A stretch of 64,000 nt of DNA from an uncultured Eubacteriales bacterium. Its GTDB lineage: Bacteria; Actinomycetota; Coriobacteriia; Anaerosomatales; CAVRZR01. The notes beneath the pieces are model-generated. The model saw only the letters and a program-made list of their open reading frames with translations. It had not been told where the DNA came from and made no database searches. Below, piece after piece: positions 27,888-36,300 of this stretch; position 1 is the stretch's first letter; each line of letters starts with the position of its first letter. Made by a program: the position numbers and the translations under genes. The stretch spans positions 146,054 to 210,053 of the forward strand of contig CAYGYT010000001.1 of NCBI GenBank assembly GCA_964354215.1, read 5' to 3'.

Positions 27888-28649
27888 TCAGGGCGCGGAC
27901 ACGACCGCTCGGCGGAAGTGGTTGTAGACGCCGTTCCAGACGATCGCGCGGTCGTACGTGGAGTGGCCGAAGGTGTTGCCCCCGCCGTAGTAGCCGGCCT
28001 CGTCGAAGACGTCGTTGAGGCGGATCGTCCCGTATCGCCAGTCGAAGGCCTCGATGGGGACGATGTGACCAGCGTAGTCGCGGGTGTAGTTGGGCCAGAT
28101 GCTCGCGATGATCTTGAGGTCCGTGGCGAGCGGCATGCCGTGGTTCATGATGCTGTCCGACACCCGCACGTTGAACTGCGATTCGGTCAGCGGGCCGTAG
28201 TAGTAGTACGGCATTCGAGCGAAGTAGCGAAGGCAGTCGTCGACGAGCGAGAAGTCCGTGCCGTTGCTGTTCGTGCCCATGGCGCTAGCGTAGGTGCTCT
28301 GCGACACGTAGCTGCCGAAGTAGTGATCGATCACCTGGCAGGTGGCGGGGCCGCACCAGTAGCCACGCTCTTGCCGATGGCTGGGTGTCCAGAGAGAGCC
28401 GTACGGCGCGTCTACGATCATCGGGACGATACCGCCGGTCTTTCCCCCACCCCGCGAGTCCGCGTCGAGTGCCGCGGTCTCGCGCTCGAGGCGAGCCTTG
28501 GTTGCGGCCTCCCGCGGGGTCAGGACGTCTTGGGTGGGCGTGGGGTTGTCGCCGGTCCCGGCCGCGACGGCGGCGGGAGCGCAGGCGCACGCGACCGCAG
28601 CCGCAAGGCAGCCGGCAACGACGAGTGTTCGAATCGGATGTGTTCTCAC
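27888..28649 (-). CDS. Papain-like (C39-like/C47-like) cysteine peptidase lipoprotein
   Basis: GTG 28649 follows GGAGGGG. The lipobox is LVVAGC. YWCGPATCQ matches the nucleophile-Cys context of C39-like peptidase domains. The track ORF extends to 29501, but that part overlaps the giant gene in another frame. Confidence 0.6.
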   Translation of the reverse strand: MRTHPIRTLVVAGCLAAAVACACAPAAVAAGTGDNPTPTQDVLTPREAATKARLERETAALDADSRGGGKTGGIVPMIVDAPYGSLWTPSHRQERGYWCGPATCQVIDHYFGSYVSQSTYASAMGTNSNGTDFSLVDDCLRYFARMPYYYYGPLTESQFNVRVSDSIMNHGMPLATDLKIIASIWPNYTRDYAGHIVPIEAFDWRYGTIRLNDVFDEAGYYGGGNTFGHSTYDRAIVWNGVYNHFRRAVVSAP

Positions 28650-28813
28650 AGTTCCCCTCCTCAGTAGAGCTGCAGTAGAGCTTCGTGAGCCGAACGTTCG
28701 CGTCGTCAGGCTCGATGGCTGGCGCGCCGAGGAGGAGTGTTGCGCACGGGCCATAGCCAGGCCTTGCCGAAGCCTTACCCGGGCGCCGAACCCGCGTGCA
28801 TCTCGGGCCCGGG

Positions 28814-28849
28814 CGCAAAGAGCGAAGCCCCGGCGGATGCCGGGGCTTC
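28814..28849 (-). terminator. Intrinsic terminator after the giant-gene pair
   Basis: The minus strand reads GAAGCCCCGGC-AUCC-GCCGGGGCUUC followed by GCUCUUUGCG, starting 31 nt after the stop at 28880. Confidence 0.5.
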
Positions 28850-28879
28850 GGCGAAACGACAGGTGTGCCTGGCGAGCTC

Positions 28880-31800
28880 CTATCTGCCAACGATCACCGG
28901 AAGAGTGACTCCGCTCCCCGCCGGAGGAGTGAGGGGGAGCGTGTCCGCGTAGACGAGGCGCGCTGCCTGCGGGACCATGGCAACAACGCCCGGAGCGGTG
29001 TCGGCGGTATGGAACCACTCGTATTCCCTGATGACGAGCCGGTAGGTCTCTCCCCCGGCCGTGCTTGGGAACGCGAGTGACTTCTCCCAGGTCGTGTACG
29101 TGGCCCCGGCGATGATGAGGATCAGCGGAACGGCCTTCCTGGAGAGCTCTGTCTCCGTGCCTACGGGCAGCCAGCCGGTTGGGTGGTTCTCGTCTGCCGT
29201 CTGAGTCGTGAGCAGCTTCTCGAACTGGGCGGTGACCGTCGCCTTCTTGCCTGCGTGGTGCTTGCTCACGTGCGACTCGCTGTAGCTCTGGCCAGAGACG
29301 GTCAGCCTCACCTGCCAGCCGAACGGCGACGTCGCCCACTGGATCGAGGCCGAGCGCTCCGCCGCCAGCTGGGCGAAGTCGCCTATGACGACCGGCGACA
29401 GCTCGAGGCCGGACAGCGAGTACTTCTGGTAGCGGGCGAGCGCCAGCTTCACGAACGGATAGTAGGTGCCCCCCGCGTCGACCTGGATGTCCGCGAACCA
29501 CATGTCGCGGTCGGCGTCGAAATCTACGTTGTAGGTCGCAAGCGAGACAGTCGAGCCATCCTCCGTGAGCGTGAGGCCGCCAACCGAACCGGCCTTCTGC
29601 TTGAACGAGACGACGTTGGCGTTCGTGAACGGCAGGGTGCCGCTTGACTTCCAGATGGGGTCCTCACCCCACTGCGTGTGCCAGCGGGTGGGCGTGCCGC
29701 GACCCGGCGTGCACACGATGGCGAGCTGCTCGTTGTCGCCCGACGAGAACCACGGACGCTCGAGGTAGACTCTGAGACCGCCTCCGGAGCGCTTGCTCGA
29801 CGTTGCGTTCTTGGTCCACCCGTAGGTCGGGATGATGTAGCCGATGCTCGGCGCCGCTGGTTTGGCAGAGCTCGGAACGTGGATGGCCATCTTCGGCGAT
29901 GTCCGCGTGAAGACGGCATTGGGGTCATCGGCGAAGAACTCCGGGAAGCGTGACGTCGCTGTCGCCGCGTAGTTGATGAGGCGGTGTTTCGTGTCGCCGA
30001 AGAAGTGCCTCTGTGCGTTGGCCTTCGGATCGTCGGCGAGGGCCTTGATGGGAGCGTACGTGGGCTTCGCGAGCTTCAGCCCCAGGTCGAGCACGGTCGT
30101 GTCGGCGGGACCCACGGTGACGTTGAAGACCTTCTCCCTGCGGGCCACCGAGGTGTCCTCGCCGTTGGGATCCTTCCATTTGGGCGCGCCGGCGGACGAG
30201 TCGTCGACGTTCTCGTGCCAGTCCGCCTCGACGTCGAGCTTCGCCGTGCTCTTCCCGTGGATGGGCATCCAGTCGACGAGAACGCCGAAGGGCTCACCTT
30301 TCTTCCGAGTCACGCGTGCGTAGCTCGTGAAGTTGGGAGCGATCATCGGCTGCTGGACCGCATGGACCAACGTGAGTCTGTCGTTGGGGGTGATCGTCCA
30401 GTTCCTGCCGAGGATGCTCACGCCCACAAGCGCCTTGAGGTCCGCGGTCATGGTCGACTTGATCAGCGTTGGCAGTGGAGCCGCCGTGGGGAGCGCCATC
30501 TGCTTCAGGCCGACGAGGCGCGCAACGGTGGTCTTGCGGACAAAGGGGCGGGTGCCCCACTCGTAGACCTCCATGAGGTTGAGGTCGGCGGGGTTGGTGA
30601 ACGAGCTGAGCTCGACGGCCACCTTCTCGGCCTTCGGCAATTCCACGGTGAGCGTGCGAGCGGTCGAGTTCCACTTGGGCGCTGCTGGTGTGGCATGGGC
30701 GGCCAGTCGTGAGTCGGTCCCCTCGATGCCGTTGATGATGAGCTTGAAGGAGCGCTTGTTGTACCACTTCTGCCCGGCCTGATCGAAGTCGACCATGACC
30801 GTCTTGACGGTCTCGGTCTTGCCGACGCCGATCGGGATCTTCACGACCCCGACCTTCGCGACGCTGCCGAGCGTCGGGCTCACGGCTGCCGCCGTCATGC
30901 GGACACCCGAGGCAGTCGCCGGCGTGCCCGGCAGCCCCGTGAGCGTGGCGCCACGCGAAAGCATGTCCGGGAGGTAGGGAAGCGTACCGTCGGGCTTCTC
31001 GACCTTGTCCGTCGGAGCCTGCTGCGTGTACTCCTTCGGCACGTAGGGCTGCTTTGTTCGGAGCTGGCCTGGAAGAAGCGGGGTCAAGGGCGACGGATAC
31101 GCGACCGGCGGGATGCTCGGCCCGATCGCCAGCGCCTTGCCGGAGGCCTTCACCGCACCCTCCGATGCCGTCTCAGCATCAAACTCGAAGGTGTCGCGCA
31201 CCGCGAGCATCGAGTGCAGCGTGGGGTCGACCGGCTTGCCGGGCTTGAGTGCGTCGTCGAGGCCGCCCAGCTCCTCGGCCATTTCGACCGAGGACTTGGG
31301 GGGGGTGATATGGCGTGACGTCGGCGGGATGCTCGCAGGCGGCGTGTTGTAGTTGCTGCGCACGACGAGGATCGCCGGCGACTCGCCGGGCTTCATGCGC
31401 TCGGCGATCACGACCACGGGGGCCTTCACGGGGTCTGTCCGACGGTTCACGACCTTGTCGCTGACGGTCGGGTTCGCGTCTCCGGTCCCGCCCGGGTCAG
31501 CCGAGGGCGCGCCCGGGGCGAAGTCTACGCTGTTGCCGGCGAGATCGACGCTGCGCGCGCGGAACCGGTAGGTGGTGCCGAACCGCTTCCTCGGCAGGGT
31601 CCCGGCCGGGACAACGAAGTCCGTCACGAGCGGAAAGTCGGGATCGACCCAGCGGCCGATCGGGTGCGTCTTCTGGTCCGGACCGACGGACTCGCGGATC
31701 ATGGACGAACTGCCGTCGGCGTGCACCGCGAGAGCCGCTCCCGGGCGTGGCACGGCCAGACTCCAGCCCGTCCAGTCGAACATATGCTCGTGGACCCAGA

Positions 31801-33373
31801 TCTCGTCCGGGATCTCATTCTCGTTGGTCTTGTTGGGATCCGACACGGCGGCGGTCTGGATCCAGCCCTCGTCTCCGAGCGTGGCCGCGCCGTCTTCGGC
31901 GAGCGTGGCCACGCCGCTCTTGAACCGGATGGTGGTGTCCCCGATCCCGTACTCACCGACGCGGGCGCAGAGCTTGTGCCACTTCTTCGTGACGCTGTCC
32001 CACACGTCGATGCGGTAGCCGCGGCTGACATCCTCGGCGTAGTTCAGGATGAGCTTCTCCTTGTTCGCCTCGAGCAGAGCGTCCTTGCTCGCGAGAGTCT
32101 CAACCATCGACTTGAGCTTCGAGCCGGCGCTGTTGACCGAGAGGCTCAGTGTCGAGGGCCCGAGACCCGGCAGGCCCATCGGTTCGTACGTTGTCGAGGG
32201 CGAGACGGTTCCCGGGATAGGCCTCGCCACATCGACGCCGACGCCCGACGTTGCGGCTGCCTTCACAGAGGCCGCCGAGGCGGCCTTGGCCTTCGCCACC
32301 GTTTTGATTTGCTTTGCCGCCGACACGGCTGTCGCCTTGAGTGCCAGGCCGGCGAAGTCCACGTCGACCGTTGCGATGGTCACCGGGTTCTTCGACGGCG
32401 TGGCCGGTGTGCGCATCACCATGTAGCCGCCCTTGAGCTCGCTCGACCTGGCGCGGGTCGCGAAACCCTTCGCCGAGACGATGCCCGATCGCGTGAGCGC
32501 ACCAGGTGTGAGGTCGTAGGCGGTCCAGGGCGACGCGCTGCCGGTCGGTGGCGTGGTCGGGACGACGCGCAAGCGCTTCGCGAGCCTGAGCCTGTTGTCG
32601 TAGGGGATCTCGAGGTTGATCACAATCCCGAGGCCGAGCAGCATTCCCGGGAACTCGCCCAGCGAAGAGAGCGCGGTGTGGAAGTCCATCTTTGGGCGTT
32701 TCGGAACTGCCTTTGCGATCTCCGCTTGTGCCGAGACGACCCCGTCCTTCGGCGTGCTGTCGAAGCCTCTGTGGAACTCCTCGAACTCCTTGAACGCTGG
32801 GTCGCTATCGGACGCCATGGAGATCACGCGAATGGACGGCGGCCGCTGGATCGCCGGTATCAGCCGCATCAACGGAGACGACTTGAGTCCCGCAGGAGTG
32901 ACCATGAGGTTGACGGCCGGTAGCTTGGAGACGAGAAGAGGATTGGCACCCACCGCGACGTATTGGTCCTGGACCTGCTTGATCACGGAGGGGACGCTGA
33001 AGGAGTTCACCTTCAGGGCCGGGATCTTGGGCACCTTGGACGGAACCAGGGTGTCCGGCTTGAACATGAGGTCCCAGAGCCCTGGCGAGGCTTGGGAGAC
33101 AGGGGTGTACGTCCCGACGACGGCGGGGCTGTCGGCAAGGTCGGGTGAGAGGTTGTTCATCACTTCGACTTGGAACGACATCCCGTTCACCATCGACGCC
33201 CAGTTCACGCCGGCACCGTTCGAGAAGTCGGGGAAGTGGTCGAGCCGCCCGGGTGAGACGTCGTCTTCGAGTCTCGGCGACACGAACACCGAGAGCCTCA
33301 GCTTCTTGCCGCCCGACCCGGGAACGAGTCCGTTGGGCAGGGCCGTCCACATGACGCGCTGCTTCTTGGCCAT
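28880..33373 (-). CDS. Giant hypothetical protein B (~1497 aa), no signal peptide, no recognised domain
   Basis: This is an uninterrupted 4.5 kb ORF with coding-like composition. ATG 33373 lies 5 nt after the upstream stop, with GGGAG upstream. The N-terminus is MAKKQRVMWTALPNG...LRLSVFVSPRL. Confidence 0.8.
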   Translation of the reverse strand: MAKKQRVMWTALPNGLVPGSGGKKLRLSVFVSPRLEDDVSPGRLDHFPDFSNGAGVNWASMVNGMSFQVEVMNNLSPDLADSPAVVGTYTPVSQASPGLWDLMFKPDTLVPSKVPKIPALKVNSFSVPSVIKQVQDQYVAVGANPLLVSKLPAVNLMVTPAGLKSSPLMRLIPAIQRPPSIRVISMASDSDPAFKEFEEFHRGFDSTPKDGVVSAQAEIAKAVPKRPKMDFHTALSSLGEFPGMLLGLGIVINLEIPYDNRLRLAKRLRVVPTTPPTGSASPWTAYDLTPGALTRSGIVSAKGFATRARSSELKGGYMVMRTPATPSKNPVTIATVDVDFAGLALKATAVSAAKQIKTVAKAKAASAASVKAAATSGVGVDVARPIPGTVSPSTTYEPMGLPGLGPSTLSLSVNSAGSKLKSMVETLASKDALLEANKEKLILNYAEDVSRGYRIDVWDSVTKKWHKLCARVGEYGIGDTTIRFKSGVATLAEDGAATLGDEGWIQTAAVSDPNKTNENEIPDEIWVHEHMFDWTGWSLAVPRPGAALAVHADGSSSMIRESVGPDQKTHPIGRWVDPDFPLVTDFVVPAGTLPRKRFGTTYRFRARSVDLAGNSVDFAPGAPSADPGGTGDANPTVSDKVVNRRTDPVKAPVVVIAERMKPGESPAILVVRSNYNTPPASIPPTSRHITPPKSSVEMAEELGGLDDALKPGKPVDPTLHSMLAVRDTFEFDAETASEGAVKASGKALAIGPSIPPVAYPSPLTPLLPGQLRTKQPYVPKEYTQQAPTDKVEKPDGTLPYLPDMLSRGATLTGLPGTPATASGVRMTAAAVSPTLGSVAKVGVVKIPIGVGKTETVKTVMVDFDQAGQKWYNKRSFKLIINGIEGTDSRLAAHATPAAPKWNSTARTLTVELPKAEKVAVELSSFTNPADLNLMEVYEWGTRPFVRKTTVARLVGLKQMALPTAAPLPTLIKSTMTADLKALVGVSILGRNWTITPNDRLTLVHAVQQPMIAPNFTSYARVTRKKGEPFGVLVDWMPIHGKSTAKLDVEADWHENVDDSSAGAPKWKDPNGEDTSVARREKVFNVTVGPADTTVLDLGLKLAKPTYAPIKALADDPKANAQRHFFGDTKHRLINYAATATSRFPEFFADDPNAVFTRTSPKMAIHVPSSAKPAAPSIGYIIPTYGWTKNATSSKRSGGGLRVYLERPWFSSGDNEQLAIVCTPGRGTPTRWHTQWGEDPIWKSSGTLPFTNANVVSFKQKAGSVGGLTLTEDGSTVSLATYNVDFDADRDMWFADIQVDAGGTYYPFVKLALARYQKYSLSGLELSPVVIGDFAQLAAERSASIQWATSPFGWQVRLTVSGQSYSESHVSKHHAGKKATVTAQFEKLLTTQTADENHPTGWLPVGTETELSRKAVPLILIIAGATYTTWEKSLAFPSTAGGETYRLVIREYEWFHTADTAPGVVAMVPQAARLVYADTLPLTPPAGSGVTLPVIVGR

Positions 33374-33378
33374 CTGAC

Positions 33379-36300
33379 TCACGCTCCCAGGGTCGCCGGT
33401 GCGAACGCCTTGCAGTAGGCGATCCATTCGGACTCGTCGTAGGTGTCTCCAAACCGCGGATCCTTGCCCGCGATCTCCTGCGAGCAGGTGGCGTTCACGC
33501 TGAACGAGAAGAAGAGGATCTCGATCTCGATGGTCAGCGTCGCCGTACCGGTGAGCTTGTCACCCTTGTCGCTGCCCTTGGTGAACTGCTCATAGGTGAG
33601 CACGAGTTCGAAGGTGAGCGAAACCTTGATGATCCCGAGGATGTCGAGTCGACCGGAGAGGCGGATGTAGGCCTCGAACTTGAGGGTTTCCGTCGACCCA
33701 TCGTCGGTGATGGTGAAGGTAAAGCCACCCTTGATCTCGACCGAACCGCTCGCCACGCCGATGTCGATCGATGCCGAGGCGCCGAACCAGAAGCCGATCT
33801 CCAGCATGCGTAGAAACGGGTCGCCGGTGGCGAGCTTGAGCAGGACGTATCCGCCGCCGCCCCAGCCGCAGACCGAGATCGTCATCTGCGATTCCTTGGT
33901 GCAGAAGTTGAAGTCGACGAGAATGGGGCTGCCGTCCCAAAGCAGGCTTATTTTCGCGCCGAGCGTCATGTTGGAAAGCGACATGGCGCCTACGGAGATG
34001 TTCGGGATCGCGAGCGAGATGCTGATGAAGAGGCCCGCGGTATCGAACTCCACGAGGAACGGCCCGATGTTGAACGAGCCGAGCGCCATCTCCTCGGTCT
34101 TGGAGCCCTTCGCGAGCGCTTGCGCGCCCTGCCCGCCTCCGCCGAACACGCCGAGGAACTGGCGGAGTTCGTTCAGGAACTCGAGCGGCCCGGCGAACAG
34201 TACGTCCTCGAGACCGGGGTTGATCTTGGGCGACTCGCCGTTGATCGAGCTCATCGTGAACGTGCCGAAGACGAGGTTCATGAACAGCGCGTCGTCCCCG
34301 ATCAGGTTGATGTAGAAGTCGGAGAGCGATCCCTCGATGATCGAGGTCGGGGCGGCCTCGAGGTTCGAGAGGCTCTTCGTCATCTCGGCCTTGAGGTGGA
34401 CCTTCGTGCTCGATGTCGGCTCGAAGATCAAGGCCTTCTTGATCTTCTGCGTCGATGTGTTGTCGACGTTCCAGTCGAACGCGACTATCAGCTTCTTGTC
34501 ACCCTCGGGTCCCTCGATGCGCTTGGTGAAGCCGGGGATGTCGTCGAGGCCGAGCACGCTCGTGAGCAGGTCGATGAGCTTGACGCCGCCGATGAGCTTG
34601 GCCTCCAGAAGCGAGCCGAAGAAGTCGCCGGGGTTGAAGTCGGTCCCGTCGCCGAACCCGTCGGCGAAGGCGTCGACGGCGCCTCCGAAGGGTCCCGCGT
34701 ACGCCGAGAGTCCCTTGAGCACCTGGCTCGGAGTGGCCAGGCCACCCGCTTGCGAGCCGGGGAACTGCAGCGGGAGGCCGTCGTTGTCCATGCTCACGAT
34801 GATGCCCGGCGTGAACGGGATCAGCGACGTCAACTTCGGGTTCACGTTCGCGAAGGCCATTCCCTTGGCGTTCGGCCCGGAATAGCCGTTGTTCAGGTAC
34901 ACGTCGGCCAGGTTGATGGGGGTGGAAGCCACCTGGTTGGTGATCTGCTCGGCGATGTCGAGGCGGACGCCCGAGAGGTGGAGCCTCGGGTGGAACAGCC
35001 GCTCGCCGCCACCCACCTGGGTGGGACGCAGCGTTTCGGCGGAGAACTTCATCCACTGCGTGGGCAGTTGTCGCGTGTCCTTCGGCACCCCGGAGGGCAG
35101 TGGTTCCGCGTACGTGATCACCTGCCCCCGCATGTCGATGCTCTTGCCCTGGTACGCGACCGCGACCGGGCCCAGGTTCGTGGAATCGGGTGTCGAGCTG
35201 AGCTTCCTGACGGCGATGTTCTCGTCCACGAAGATCATCGGCGCTTCGAACTTGATGAGCGTGCCGTCCCAGTCGGTCGCCTCGATCTGGAACATGATGT
35301 CCTTGGTTGTGTTGACGGCGTCCCGGACCCAGTAGGAGTACATGCCTGCGACGCCGTCACTCAGCTGTGCGGCCGTGGTGCTGATGGGCGGCGTGATCAG
35401 CGTCTTGAACTCGACCTTCTTGAACGGCATCTGGCGCGCGCGATACGCCTTGCCGGGGTAGTCCGCGAAGTCGTATGTCCGCACCGGCTCGCGGATGACG
35501 ATGAAGTTGCGTTGTAGCAGGTATGCAACTGGTCTTGAGGATCCTGGCTCGGTTCTGAACTTGCGCTCAGTGACCTGCACCTCGACCGCCTTGTGGCCGA
35601 AGGGGAAGATCCTGCCGGCGAACACGAGCTTGACGTAGTGGTCGCGACCCTGCGTCATGCGGTGTTCCCAGGTGAGGAGCGCTGCGATGATGTTCAGGCT
35701 CTCCGGGGGATTCGTGTACTCGTCGGTCGCCCAGTTGCCGAGCACGTTCATCCACGCGCCCTGGGACGTGAGCATGAGCTGCCTCACGTCGACGGCCGGC
35801 TTGCGGTAGCGCCCCGTGAGGTCGGCGACAGTCCATCGGTTGCGCACGCCGAGAGGGTCTTGCGCTACCTCGGCCGATCGCGTGAAGCTGTTCCGTCGCC
35901 TGAGCTCCGATGGGACGCTGGGGATGATTGAGGTCAACGGGTTGTCCTTGCGCTGCTGGTAGTAGCGCGCCCACACGGCTCGCACCTTGGGGGACGTCAG
36001 GCCGAACCTGACCGCATCGGTGATGGGCGGGCGCGTCCCGATGATTGCGCCACCGATGGCGGGGCCTATCGCCGCGCTCCTGGTGGCGCTCCCCCTGTCT
36101 GAGGCCTCCTCGCCGAGCGCGATGAAGATTGGGCGGTAGTCGCCCACGTACTTCGTGTGCCAGAGTTCGTACACGTTGTTCTGGCCCACGGCATCCGCTT
36201 TGTGGGTCCAGCGCGCGTACTGCGTGGGCGAGAGATAGAGGCCCCAGGGCGCCTCGATCGATGTCTCGAAGTCCGTCGGCTCCACGAGCGTCTGCGGTAC

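Noticed and set aside
28650-29501. The upstream part of the 537-aa ORF containing the C39-like peptidase.
   Set aside because: It overlaps the 3' end of giant gene B in another frame and crosses the terminator hairpin. The true start, with SD site and lipobox, is GTG 28649.
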